A stretch of 39,398 nt of DNA from a virus: UHGV virus genome UHGV-0204463. The stretch is one strand, 5' to 3'. Position 1 is the stretch's first letter. Every line of letters starts with the position of its first letter. The notes below the pieces were generated by a model. It had not been told where the DNA came from. It searched no databases and saw only the letters and a program-made list of their open reading frames with translations. A program made the position numbers and the translations under genes. This document shows, in pieces, positions 1-8,800 of the stretch.

Positions 1-682
1 CTGATTTCTCAGTTTCTCTGCAAAGCGCTTGGTTTGAGTTTTCTAAGGTCTGCCAAGCTTCTCACACTTCCACCTAACTTAGATTATTCTCCACTGGAGC
101 GTCTATTGTCACACTCGAAAGTTTCGTACCTTACACCTGCACAAATTCCACGTAGTACTTTGCGATTAATAGCTTTTACTATTAGTCCTTTTTACATTGC
201 TGTAAAATCCACCACTAAAATCAATCAGTATCCCAATTCATTTTAGTTATCGACTTATCCCATACTACCCTAGCACATTGTTCAAATGCTCTTCACTAGG
301 TTTAAATCTATTGATTTTTCAATTTTTAATAGTAATCACTCACAAACCTGTAGAAAAAAGAGAGAGGAATTACACCCCATTTCTTTTAGTTTGAGAACGT
401 CTGATTTGTGAGTGATCATTGCAACTTAAACTTACATAGCGCTATCTTGACAAGTGCTTTCAGCGTACGTCTACGTGTAAGCTTAATGCCAAGTTTATTG
501 CAATATTTGCTACCTAGACTAAACGAGACAGAAAGAACTGGACTTTCCACATCCTTATTCTTTATTTTTTTGTAGGTAGCCTCCAAAGATAAGCGAAACG
601 GAGCTAAGATAGGTAATGCATGCCTTACCTCGTTTCCTTATCTTTCGACACTACCATAGTAACATCTAAATATTGATAAAAA

Positions 683-711
683 CCGCCAACTTTCCGCCAA
701 AAAACCGCCAA
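683..711. promoter_or_regulatory. three direct CCGCCAA repeats (TTGGCGG on gene strand) at exactly 11-bp phasing, immediately 3' of the arpU stop
   Basis: copies at 683-689, 694-700 and 705-711; one-helical-turn spacing is typical of protein binding arrays. Confidence 0.3.
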
Positions 712-716
712 AAATT

Positions 717-1133
717 TTATTTATATGCAATTATTTTTCCATTTCGATACGCTTCGGCAAATTCAATTAAAGCCTCTGATTTCATTCGTTGAATACTTCT
801 TTCGGAATATCCAACTTCCCTAGCTATCTTGTAATTAGAGTAATGATCCTGCACACAGAAACTATAATGCAAAATTTGTCTGCTAGTTAGGCTCAATGCC
901 ATAAGCGCAGATAAAATTGCGTCTCTTTCTGCTTCTGCATCTGCTAATTGTACTAGCGCATCTTCTGCTTTATTCCCGTGACTTTGGCTTTTAGGCATAT
1001 CTGTAATAATTGGTGATTTTAAATCTATCAAAGAGCGACCAGCTATTCGCTCTAAACGTCTAAAGTTCTTCAACACATTTCTGGCATTCGCTTTTGTTTG
1101 TCGAAAATCTACTTCTCTTAGCAATTTAATCAA
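717..1133 (-). CDS. ArpU-family phage late-gene transcriptional activator
   Basis: 138-aa ORF; KNFRRLERIAGRSLIDLKSPIITDMP and C-terminal ALIEFAEAYRNGK resemble ArpU-type regulators; lies at distal end of early operon. Confidence 0.7.
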   Translation of the reverse strand: MIKLLREVDFRQTKANARNVLKNFRRLERIAGRSLIDLKSPIITDMPKSQSHGNKAEDALVQLADAEAERDAILSALMALSLTSRQILHYSFCVQDHYSNYKIAREVGYSERSIQRMKSEALIEFAEAYRNGKIIAYK

Positions 1134-1149
1134 GTGAAATCGCTCCTTT

Positions 1150-1160
1150 TGTGGTATAAT
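1150..1160 (+). promoter_or_regulatory. extended -10 promoter-like TGTGGTATAAT on plus strand
   Basis: TGn-TATAAT match; a hairpin plus T-run terminator follows about 45 nt downstream. Confidence 0.25.
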
Positions 1161-1193
1161 AATTTATAATAAACATATCATCATTTAAGAGTT

Positions 1194-1221
1194 GCTTAGC
1201 GGAAACTAAGTAGCTTTTTTT
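1194..1221 (+). terminator. intrinsic terminator-like hairpin CTTAG-CGGAAA-CTAAG followed by T7
   Basis: stem-loop and T-run read directly; first of four hairpins sharing a CGGAAA loop. Confidence 0.4.
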
Positions 1222-1324
1222 ATTTATCCAAATATATATAAGTAATGCTTATCCTTTGCTCATCAGCGACTCTATATGATATAAATTATACTAAGAATAC
1301 TATTCCAATAGCTATTCACTTCTC

Positions 1325-1360
1325 AGCCAGTCGGCGGAAACCGACTGGCTATTTATTTAT
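1325..1360 (+). terminator. hairpin AGCCAGTCGG-CGGAAA-CCGACTGGCT (10-bp perfect stem) followed by ATTTATTTAT
   Basis: read directly. Confidence 0.4.
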
Positions 1361-1500
1361 CAAAATATTCATCACTCATACATGTTTGTAGTCAACAAAT
1401 TATTGGTTGACTATAAAGAAAACAATAATAATTCTACAGTATTTTACAATCTTCCATTCGTCATCTTTCACATCATCTTTATTCATTTGATATTTTCCAT

Positions 1501-1761
1501 CTAATAAATATTTTTGGCATAGAAAGTATTTTCAAATCTATTTTTCAATGGTATAATCACTTTAACTTTCTTGGGGATTTTATTTATGAAATAAATTTCC
1601 TCCTTTTCTACATTAACTTCTGGTAAACAGTTAATAGTAGTACACGTCTCTACAAGAGATTTATTGTCGATTTTTAATCGGCTATTTAATAGCACTTTAT
1701 TTGGGGAAAGTGCTAACTCACACCTAAAGAACAACTGGCGGAAAACAGTTGTTTCTACCAC
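1501..1761 (-). CDS. hypothetical protein (doubtful; GTG start, overlaps conserved hairpin)
   Basis: ORF track only; no recognisable motif. Confidence 0.2.
   Translation of the reverse strand: MVETTVFRQLFFRCELALSPNKVLLNSRLKIDNKSLVETCTTINCLPEVNVEKEEIYFINKIPKKVKVIIPLKNRFENTFYAKNIY
1549..1557 (+). promoter_or_regulatory. promoter-like TTTTCA-N17-TGGTATAAT on plus strand
   Basis: good -35/-10 match read in sequence. Confidence 0.25.
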
Positions 1762-1795
1762 ATAAGTCAGCTAGTGGTCAGCTGGCTTTTTTTGT
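1733..1795 (+). terminator. two hairpins (CAACTG-GCGGAAAA-CAGTTG, then CAGCT-AGTGGT-AGCTG) followed by T7
   Basis: read directly. Confidence 0.4.
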
Positions 1796-1857
1796 TGCCT
1801 TAAATTTCATAGTAATGTATTATTAATTGTCTCTATCTGAGATGAAAATGTATCTAT

Positions 1858-1888
1858 AACTAGCTAGCGGAAACTAGTTAGTTTTTTT
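1858..1888 (+). terminator. hairpin CTAG-CGGAAA-CTAG followed by T7
   Basis: read directly. Confidence 0.4.
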
Positions 1889-2039
1889 ATACTATTTTTG
1901 TTGGTTTTAAAACTACTTAGCCTTTTTATATAAATGTGAACGTCGAATAATTGAATATTAAATTCTTTAAATTTAATCATCTTCTTTACTCGCTTTCTAA
2001 CCGAATAATTCTCTTTGATCTGTTTACCCGTTTTACCCA

Positions 2040-2474
2040 CTACACTTGTTCCTCCAAACTTGTAATTTCTAGTTCTGTTCGTGGTCGCATACTGTACAAC
2101 TTTTGGCAAACCATCACAGCAATTTGACCATCGTTTTTATATAAAATACCTTCGGCAGCATCAGTGACTGCTTTGAAATAGTTGTCCAAGTCAGGTTTCT
2201 TATCGCAATATTTTCGCTCTAATTCCACTTCTAAGCGTTTCTGTTTATTACTTAAGGCAGATTTAGGCGGATGGATGTAAAACGTCACATGTGCGGAAAT
2301 TGGCCCTTTTTCAATCAACTTTGCTCTTGATTTACGAAAATAATTCTTTACTTGATTTTTGTATTCTTTCATCGCTCGATCTTCGTAAGTTTTAACATAA
2401 TTTCCACGCCTTGCAAATCTCGGGCGACTTTGTGGCTTGGGCTCAATCGGTAGAATAATTCGCATCTCTTCCAC
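2040..2474 (-). CDS. rusA: RusA-family Holliday junction resolvase
   Basis: 144 aa; KPDLDNYFKAVTDAAEG matches the RusA catalytic Asp-rich motif. Confidence 0.75.
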   Translation of the reverse strand: MEEMRIILPIEPKPQSRPRFARRGNYVKTYEDRAMKEYKNQVKNYFRKSRAKLIEKGPISAHVTFYIHPPKSALSNKQKRLEVELERKYCDKKPDLDNYFKAVTDAAEGILYKNDGQIAVMVCQKLYSMRPRTELEITSLEEQV

Positions 2475-2482
2475 CTCGAACC

Positions 2483-2782
2483 TTACAAATCGGCTTCTTT
2501 GACGAATACTCCGTTTACCATTTTTCCTTGGCGGTTTTTAATTTCGCTATATGCTTGATTTAAGCATTCGTATAAATCCATGTTATTTTGCATAGCGAGA
2601 ATAATTAACGTCACAACCATATCCCCGATACCATCTCTTAAGTCGTTTTCGTTGTTTCTTGCCAATGCAGCGCCAACTTCTCCGACTTCCTCAATCACTT
2701 TTAGCATTTGCTTTTCAGGTTCCGCTTTATCTAAACGCTTTTCTTTCGCCCATTCTTCCACTAATTTAACTAATTCATTCAT
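2483..2782 (-). CDS. MazG-like nucleotide pyrophosphohydrolase
   Basis: 99 aa; EEVGEVGAAL...DGIGDMVVTLIILA acidic helix pattern of MazG/NTP-PPase domain. Confidence 0.6.
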   Translation of the reverse strand: MNELVKLVEEWAKEKRLDKAEPEKQMLKVIEEVGEVGAALARNNENDLRDGIGDMVVTLIILAMQNNMDLYECLNQAYSEIKNRQGKMVNGVFVKEADL

Positions 2783-3085
2783 CTAAAATTCCTCCCCGAA
2801 ATCTAATTCACGTTTTAGCTTGCTGTGAATCGATTCTAGCTCTTTTTTGTATTCTTTGACTGTTTGTATTGTTTTACCACTAGAAAGCACATAATCGCGT
2901 TCTATTGCGACGAGAGCCTTACTTAAATTGCCATAATAACCAATCAAAGCGAGTGATTCTTTTTGTGTACCGTCTTTATCAGTCAAAATGGTTAACTCTC
3001 CGTGTTCGTTTCGTCTCGCTTTATTTACGATTACTTGCTTATCATCACTAGTAATTCGATAATCAAGTACTCTCATTTCAATCAT
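2783..3085 (-). CDS. hypothetical phage protein
   Basis: 100-aa ORF tightly packed in operon. Confidence 0.45.
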   Translation of the reverse strand: MIEMRVLDYRITSDDKQVIVNKARRNEHGELTILTDKDGTQKESLALIGYYGNLSKALVAIERDYVLSSGKTIQTVKEYKKELESIHSKLKRELDFGEEF

Positions 3086-3088
3086 GAT

Positions 3089-4051
3089 TTACTCTCCTCC
3101 CAACAATTCTTGCATTTGTCTTTCAAATTCAGCTTGCTCTTCTGGTGATAGCTTTTCTTCTTCACCGTTCGCTTGATTCATCCATTCAGGCACCTTTTCT
3201 TGCCGAACAGGTTTATTTTGATATTGCTTATTTTGTGTTTTTTTATCTGCTCGTTCTCTCTCGTTATTTAGATAATCAGCATATGTTTTTACACCATTTG
3301 CTCGCCAATTTTTCAAAATACCAGCAAAATAGCTATATCTTCGTTCATTATTTCTAGCACAGATATTAACAGCCTCTTTCAATAACTCGAGGTCTCCGTC
3401 AAAATCAGCAAGATCATATTGTAAATCAGTGATATTAACAGGAGTAGCAGGACTTACATTCTGTGAATAATAGCGGATTAACTCCGTTAGTTTTTCTTCA
3501 CCTAACGGCTCTTCAAAGAATGCTTTCTCAACCGACGTTTCAGGTGACAACGGATTGATGCAACTTTCTGTTTCTTTTTTGTTTACTTTACTTTTATTTA
3601 CTTTACTTTCCTTTACTTTACTTTGTGTATTAATGTCAGCATTAACTGTTTCATTTTGAGAGTTACTGTTGACATTAACTATATATTTAGTTGGTTTTGG
3701 TGTTTTCCGTCTTTTTGTCGCTTCGAAAAATGTCGCTTGGATATTCTCACTCGTAAGCACCTTGACCGAGTCAAACAGTTCTTTATCAAAAAATCCCCAT
3801 AAGACTAAGCGGTTCACTATTTGATTGAGCATTTCCTTACTTACTCCAGGCAGGCGTTTTAAAAGAGTTGCTTGCGATAAATCATCCCACAAAATGAAAT
3901 ATCCTTTTTTGTATATCGCACAAAGCAGTTTGATTACCGCAAGTTCTCCTTTAATACCAAATTCCCCAGCAATAGCTTCTATTTTTTCGTCTTCAAAAAT
4001 TCCAACATCAAGAGGAAAATAATCCAAACCTTCTTTTGCAGGTCTTGCCAT
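3089..4051 (-). CDS. phage replisome organizer / replication initiation protein (N-terminal DUF4373-like, C-terminal DnaD domain)
   Basis: N-terminal YFPLDVGIFEDEKIEAI motif; C-terminal YFAGILKNWRANGVKT DnaD-domain motif. Confidence 0.7.
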   Translation of the reverse strand: MARPAKEGLDYFPLDVGIFEDEKIEAIAGEFGIKGELAVIKLLCAIYKKGYFILWDDLSQATLLKRLPGVSKEMLNQIVNRLVLWGFFDKELFDSVKVLTSENIQATFFEATKRRKTPKPTKYIVNVNSNSQNETVNADINTQSKVKESKVNKSKVNKKETESCINPLSPETSVEKAFFEEPLGEEKLTELIRYYSQNVSPATPVNITDLQYDLADFDGDLELLKEAVNICARNNERRYSYFAGILKNWRANGVKTYADYLNNERERADKKTQNKQYQNKPVRQEKVPEWMNQANGEEEKLSPEEQAEFERQMQELLGGE

Positions 4052-4064
4052 TACATCTCCTTCT

Positions 4065-4955
4065 TTACTCTAATGGTGGATTTTTAGTATCAAATAAATC
4101 TGTTTGATTCAATGAATCTGAATCAGCTTCATTAATTACTTCTGCTGTTTTCATCGTAGTATTTTCTTCTACTTCCGTTTCGGAAATAATATTTCCATCT
4201 TCTTGCATTTGTTGAACTTTTTCATCTGAAGTTGTCGCTTCTTGCATTTCGATGGACAAAATCCCCCATTTTGATAACATATTTCTTAATACTGTTTTAC
4301 GAGCCATCGCATTATAATCTGTAGCCCAGACACCGCTCAATTTTGTTTTTTCTTTGTCTTTGCTATTTGCAATTCGATGAGCTTCAATTTCTTGTTTGGT
4401 CCAATAAACAGTTTTCTTGAATCCATTTAATAGTTCAAAATATCCAACATATCCGATTACATCGTCTGATTGTCTACCATTTGGATCAAATTCAAATTCT
4501 TCCGTTAACCTGTTCCAACTCAGTAACTCTCCTTCGTAGACTTCAATAACATTTAATGCTTTATATTTACCTGACCGTTGAGCCAATTGAATATACCCTT
4601 TATATCCTAAAATAAATTGGGCTTTCCTCTCCCATTTGCCAGTCTGCTTATTTTTAGTATTAAATGGTACGAGATAGGCATAACCTAGATTTTTATCTAA
4701 TCCTAAATTTAATGTAGCAGCTGTTAAAGCCCCGCTTAAAATAGACATTGGCTCGCTTTCTGCCAAGTAGCTATCATTAGAAACTAAGGTCATGACATTT
4801 GACATAAAAGCATTAGCATTTTCATGAAGAACTTCCTCAAATTTCCGCTTCATAGTAGGAGTATTCATTAATCCTTTTAAACCTAATTGATTCGCAGGAA
4901 CTTGTTTTTGATTTTGTTGTGATAATTGATTTTTTAAGGTCTCGTTTGTTGCCAT
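4065..4955 (-). CDS. recT: RecT-family single-strand annealing recombinase
   Basis: 296 aa; LSGALTAATLNLGLD...GYAYLVPF...FILGYKGYIQLAQRSG typical of RecT. Confidence 0.8.
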   Translation of the reverse strand: MATNETLKNQLSQQNQKQVPANQLGLKGLMNTPTMKRKFEEVLHENANAFMSNVMTLVSNDSYLAESEPMSILSGALTAATLNLGLDKNLGYAYLVPFNTKNKQTGKWERKAQFILGYKGYIQLAQRSGKYKALNVIEVYEGELLSWNRLTEEFEFDPNGRQSDDVIGYVGYFELLNGFKKTVYWTKQEIEAHRIANSKDKEKTKLSGVWATDYNAMARKTVLRNMLSKWGILSIEMQEATTSDEKVQQMQEDGNIISETEVEENTTMKTAEVINEADSDSLNQTDLFDTKNPPLE

Positions 4956-4957
4956 TA

Positions 4958-5899
4958 TTACTTAATCTCCTTTTCTATTAATCTTCGTGGCGTAGTAACC
5001 ATATATATTTCTTCATCTTCTGCAATTTGAGGATATTTTTCAGCAAACTTTTTACTGTTCAATCTTTTAGTAGGTATTTCCTTCCACTCAACAATATGTT
5101 TTTTAGTAATACCAATGCTTGCATTTCTTTTTCCCAATTCGCTTTTTATTTCATTTTCAATTTTTCTAATAGCTACATCCAACTCTTTTTTGGTTTTCTT
5201 CATTTCATTTTTTTGGTCTAACAATTCATCAAACGAAGCAGGTAAAGTAGTTTGCGTTTCTTCTATGTCGCTATACTTATCCTTTAAAAAGTCAGCTGTT
5301 GCCTTACTTCCGTCAATAATAGGTTCAACGCCTTTGATTACGTTATTTTCCCAAAAATCAACTAATTGCTCGGTCAGTACATCGATTAATTCCTGATCAC
5401 GTTCTACCCGTTTCCAAATAAATTTCTGACCACCAATTAAAACTGCAATATAACAATAGTCTTTATTCAAAACATTCATATAATGCTGAACTTGGCAAAG
5501 ATAACTCAATGGCACTTCGTCTCCTGCCCATTCTTTCGCTAAAAATTGATTTGCAGTTTTGCATTCTAGAATGGCATTTTCTCTAACCACTTCTCTATCA
5601 ATATTTGCTCTTAAAAAAGGATGGAGCGAATGTTCGAAGACTTGATTTCTACGACGAACTTTTTTTCCTGTTCTTTCTTGGAACTCTTTCGCAACAACTT
5701 CTTCTAAAACATTTCCCCAATAGGCTGGCTCGCTTTCTGTATCTTTCAGCTCAACTTGACCTGTTTTCTCTAGCCATAATTGATAAGCTGATTTATATTG
5801 ATTCAAGCCTAAAATTGTTGCAACGTCTGATCCTCCAATTCCTTTACGCCTATCCTCAAGCCATTCTTGATGGCTCATGGATAAAGTAGATTGAATCAT
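4958..5899 (-). CDS. YqaJ-like phage recombination exonuclease (lambda-Exo fold)
   Basis: 313 aa; N-terminal GIGGSDVATILGLNQYKS motif; paired with RecT. Confidence 0.8.
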   Translation of the reverse strand: MIQSTLSMSHQEWLEDRRKGIGGSDVATILGLNQYKSAYQLWLEKTGQVELKDTESEPAYWGNVLEEVVAKEFQERTGKKVRRRNQVFEHSLHPFLRANIDREVVRENAILECKTANQFLAKEWAGDEVPLSYLCQVQHYMNVLNKDYCYIAVLIGGQKFIWKRVERDQELIDVLTEQLVDFWENNVIKGVEPIIDGSKATADFLKDKYSDIEETQTTLPASFDELLDQKNEMKKTKKELDVAIRKIENEIKSELGKRNASIGITKKHIVEWKEIPTKRLNSKKFAEKYPQIAEDEEIYMVTTPRRLIEKEIK

Positions 5900-5996
5900 C
5901 TTTCGTCTTCCTCCTCATCGTATTCCCACGTTAGCTCTAACACTTCTTTTTCTTCAGGTGGCTCTTGTCTTGCCCCTAGCGAATCAAATTCAGGCA

Positions 5997-6224
5997 TTAC
6001 AATCCCTCCCAAAATAGTTTTATTTTTTCATCTTCCAATTCGATATAATCGACACCTTGCATTTGTAATTGATCTAAAAATGGTTTTGTAGCTCCTTTAC
6101 TGCTTACCACACAACTTGTATTGCCATAAGATGCAGATGTCCGAACAGATTGAATAATGTTATTCTGTGCGTTTGCTAGCATTAATTCGTAAATGTCGTT
6201 ACCTAAACCTCTTACTTCAATCAT
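5997..6224 (-). CDS. hypothetical phage protein
   Basis: 75-aa ORF in operon. Confidence 0.35.
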   Translation of the reverse strand: MIEVRGLGNDIYELMLANAQNNIIQSVRTSASYGNTSCVVSSKGATKPFLDQLQMQGVDYIELEDEKIKLFWEGL

Positions 6225-6547
6225 TACAACTCACCTCGTAAAAAATCTTTTAACAATATATCTAGTTTTTCCTCATTATTTTGTTTAGTTGAAGATGATT
6301 CTGCACCAATAAATGATTCTTTTATTTGTTTACATTGCGGACAATCACAATCATGAGCAAGTGCTTCCTCTTTAAATTTTTCAAATAATTCACTAAATGC
6401 AATTGCTTGTTCAGGCAAAGAACCTGCAAGTAAAACACTGGATGCTTCCATCATTTCTGAATCAACAGTTGACAAAACAATCGTAACTTTTCCTTTCCGA
6501 CATTCTTTAACAAGTTCCATTAATAAATTTTGAATTTTATCGTTCAT
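6224..6547 (-). CDS. hypothetical phage protein (CDCPQC cysteine pair)
   Basis: 107-aa ORF; stop/start abutting neighbours. Confidence 0.4.
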   Translation of the reverse strand: MNDKIQNLLMELVKECRKGKVTIVLSTVDSEMMEASSVLLAGSLPEQAIAFSELFEKFKEEALAHDCDCPQCKQIKESFIGAESSSTKQNNEEKLDILLKDFLRGEL

Positions 6548-6590
6548 TTTGATATACTCTCCTTAGTTAATAAATTTTGAATTTTTTTGT

Positions 6591-6776
6591 TCAATATTTG
6601 CCCTGTTCGTTTGCAGACGTTCGGGGCTCTTTTTGTACTATGCTTAATCTCTCTGGATAAACGTTTTTATCAGCTGAAACATACGGATATTCTTCAAACA
6701 ACTTTCGCATGACTTCCGCTTGTGTTTCTCCAATCACATATGTTTCTCTACTAGCTTCGCCTATAGCTACATACAT
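6591..6776 (-). CDS. hypothetical phage protein
   Basis: 61-aa ORF. Confidence 0.3.
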   Translation of the reverse strand: MYVAIGEASRETYVIGETQAEVMRKLFEEYPYVSADKNVYPERLSIVQKEPRTSANEQGKY

Positions 6777-6961
6777 TTTTTATCGCCTCCTTTTTTAGAG
6801 TATTGATACTTTGCTTCATCCCAGTTAAAAAACCAATGGATAAAGAAAGGTGCACTTAGTGTTGCTAGTATTGGCATTGAAAAGTGGCTTTTCAGCAATA
6901 CTCCTAGTACAATCATCAATAAAAATGCGCCTACTAATCGTGTTTCTCGGATTGCTTTCAT
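6767..6961 (-). CDS. small membrane protein
   Basis: 64 aa with hydrophobic helix LVGAFLLMIVLGVLL. Confidence 0.35.
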   Translation of the reverse strand: MKAIRETRLVGAFLLMIVLGVLLKSHFSMPILATLSAPFFIHWFFNWDEAKYQYSKKGGDKKCM

Positions 6962-7013
6962 GTTGTTAACCTCCTATATTTTGATATAATTCAATTGAAA
7001 GTGAGGTGCAAAA

Positions 7014-7196
7014 ATGTTTTTTGTGATTAAACGAGCTTCTGATAAAAAATACTATTTTTTGATTAAAACTGAAGAAAATGAAATAATCGCATCAAGCAAA
7101 ACTTACTACTACAAATCTTCTGTTTTAGAAATCATTGAATCCATTAAGAATGATATGAATCCAAAAGCAATCATTGTTGATACTACTTTTAACTGA
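7014..7196 (+). CDS. DUF1508 (YegP-like) domain protein, own promoter and terminator
   Basis: 60 aa; ...EIIASSKTYYYKSSVLEIIESIKN resembles YegP repeat; RBS GAGGTG; upstream TTGTTA-N16-TATAAT; terminator follows. Confidence 0.55.
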   Translation: MFFVIKRASDKKYYFLIKTEENEIIASSKTYYYKSSVLEIIESIKNDMNPKAIIVDTTFN

Positions 7197-7232
7197 GGAT
7201 AAGTTAGGCTTATCCTTTTATTTTTATTTACT
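7197..7232 (+). terminator. hairpin AGGATAAG-TTAGGC-TTATCCT followed by T-run
   Basis: read directly. Confidence 0.45.
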
Positions 7233-7235
7233 GAT

Positions 7236-8006
7236 CTAGCTCACTTCTTTAAACATATCTCCGTTTCCATTAGCCATATCAATTCTTGCTTGTAATTCCA
7301 AGTCAGGCTTCCATTTAGGAATTAGAGTTAATGCTTCTTCATATCGAACTTTTGGAATATCTATATAAGAGGCTACATCGAATAATGCTTTCAATTGTTT
7401 ATAGCAATTACTAAATGCTGATTGCTTAATACTTGAATCCTTATAAGCCGATGTTTTTTTGCCACCTAATACTTTGATAACAGTTGATGAAACTAGGCCT
7501 TGTATCTTTCGTTGTTGGCTTCTATTAATTGTTGTTTCTGTTTCTAGCTTATCTAAACGTTGATTTACAAGAGTCAATCCACGTTCATGTTTTAACGCAG
7601 CTTCTAATAACAATTCTGTGTTATTCATCGGTAAGTTTGATTGAGTTTTGAGCAGTTCCTCCATTTGGTTGAAAGCTTCAATGTATTTCAGTTTAAACTT
7701 AAGAGCTTTTTGACCAGTGAATCCCATTGCTAGCAGTGTGAATCCGTCACGGTTCATAATGATTTGTCTATATTTTTGTTTGTTTTGTGGATGAATATAA
7801 CTATCTTCGTAAAATAGGTCTGCGTAATTTTCCGCAACCCCCTCTTTTAGATCATCAATCGCTGCTAAAACATCACGATGATTTTTATTAAACGTTTCAG
7901 CAACTTGTAAACTAGTTGTTACTGCTTGTTGGTTTTTCATAATTACTAAGTTGTCCATTTTTTCCTCCTTAAATTGTTTCTGTATTGCTCTTTCCTTTAA
8001 TCCCAA
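7236..8006 (-). CDS. phage antirepressor (Rha N-terminal domain plus ORF6C C-terminal domain)
   Basis: AVTTSLQVAETFNKNHRDVLAAIDDL...RDGFTLLAMGFTGQKALKFKLKYIEAFNQME fits Rha family; C-terminal QQRKIQGLVSS fits ORF6C. Confidence 0.8.
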   Translation of the reverse strand: MGLKERAIQKQFKEEKMDNLVIMKNQQAVTTSLQVAETFNKNHRDVLAAIDDLKEGVAENYADLFYEDSYIHPQNKQKYRQIIMNRDGFTLLAMGFTGQKALKFKLKYIEAFNQMEELLKTQSNLPMNNTELLLEAALKHERGLTLVNQRLDKLETETTINRSQQRKIQGLVSSTVIKVLGGKKTSAYKDSSIKQSAFSNCYKQLKALFDVASYIDIPKVRYEEALTLIPKWKPDLELQARIDMANGNGDMFKEVS

Positions 8007-8314
8007 TGATTCATGATGTCATTACAAATTTTTATAGCTTCTTTAGCAGGCCAATATCTTTTTCCCTTGCTAGTACCAGGCTTTCTTTTTTCGATTATTT
8101 GCATACGTTTGTCTTTTACAAAATTTTGTTCAACTTCAGGAACAGACATTGAATATCTAGACGATAATTGTTTGATGTCTAAATACTCAGCACGTTCATT
8201 TAATCCTTGACTAGCTTCATTTATGACTTGTTCAAACATTTTTCTCAGGATTTTTTCAATAATGTTGTATAGAAAGTTTTTTGAAGATGTATCTAAGAAA
8301 TTTTCCATTTTCAT
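7997..8314 (-). CDS. hypothetical phage protein, possible HTH
   Basis: 105-aa ORF immediately downstream of cro-like gene. Confidence 0.4.
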   Translation of the reverse strand: MKMENFLDTSSKNFLYNIIEKILRKMFEQVINEASQGLNERAEYLDIKQLSSRYSMSVPEVEQNFVKDKRMQIIEKRKPGTSKGKRYWPAKEAIKICNDIMNHWD

Positions 8315-8319
8315 TCCTC

Positions 8320-8511
8320 CTATCTGATTTTGTAAAAGTCGATAATTGCCAAAAGTGTTTCGTGTGCTTTTTTACTTTTATTTTTTCCGTTCAGATAATC
8401 GATCAAATCTTGTCTTGGAATATCAAAATAGGTAGCAACACTAACCAACGAAATTCCCTTACTTTCAAAGTAATCACGAATTTTTTGACGACTTACTGAT
8501 GTGTCTGGCAT
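8320..8511 (-). CDS. Cro-like XRE helix-turn-helix regulator
   Basis: 63 aa; ISLVSVATYFDIPRQDLIDYLNG HTH; divergent from cI-like gene. Confidence 0.65.
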   Translation of the reverse strand: MPDTSVSRQKIRDYFESKGISLVSVATYFDIPRQDLIDYLNGKNKSKKAHETLLAIIDFYKIR

Positions 8512-8559
8512 TTTTGATGCTCCTTTCTTTAGTATTAAATAAGTTAATTTGATAGAAAT

Positions 8560-8745
8560 AAAAAAATATTGTTGACATTTTTACGCTATAGAGTAAAATG
8601 GATACATAAAGAAATAAACCTATAACAAAGCCTTTCATATGCACTTGGTCGCCAAACTCAATGCTAATAAGGTGTGTTTTAGTTTGTTTCTTTTCTATCA
8701 AATTAACTTACGAATCAATAATAACTCTATAGAGTAATTTTGTAA
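8560..8745. promoter_or_regulatory. divergent early promoter/operator region with repeated CTCTATAGAG-type palindromes
   Basis: TTGACA-N16-TAAAAT at about 8572-8600 overlaps CGCTATAGAGTAA; perfect 10-bp palindrome CTCTATAGAG at about 8724-8733. Confidence 0.45.
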
Positions 8746-8800
8746 AGACTTTTTACTCTTTTTAGTAAATTATTTTTTCGTGTTGGAAAGGAATACTGAT

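Noticed and set aside
1864-2109. 81-aa minus-strand ORF overlapping the 3' end of rusA
   Set aside because: Overlaps rusA by 70 nt in another frame, is Lys/Arg-rich with low complexity, and its start lies inside a conserved hairpin. It is more likely non-coding.
8474-8701. 75-aa minus-strand ORF in the cI/cro intergenic region
   Set aside because: It lies across the divergent promoter/operator region and overlaps the cro-like gene start, with a hydrophobic low-complexity translation. It is probably spurious.
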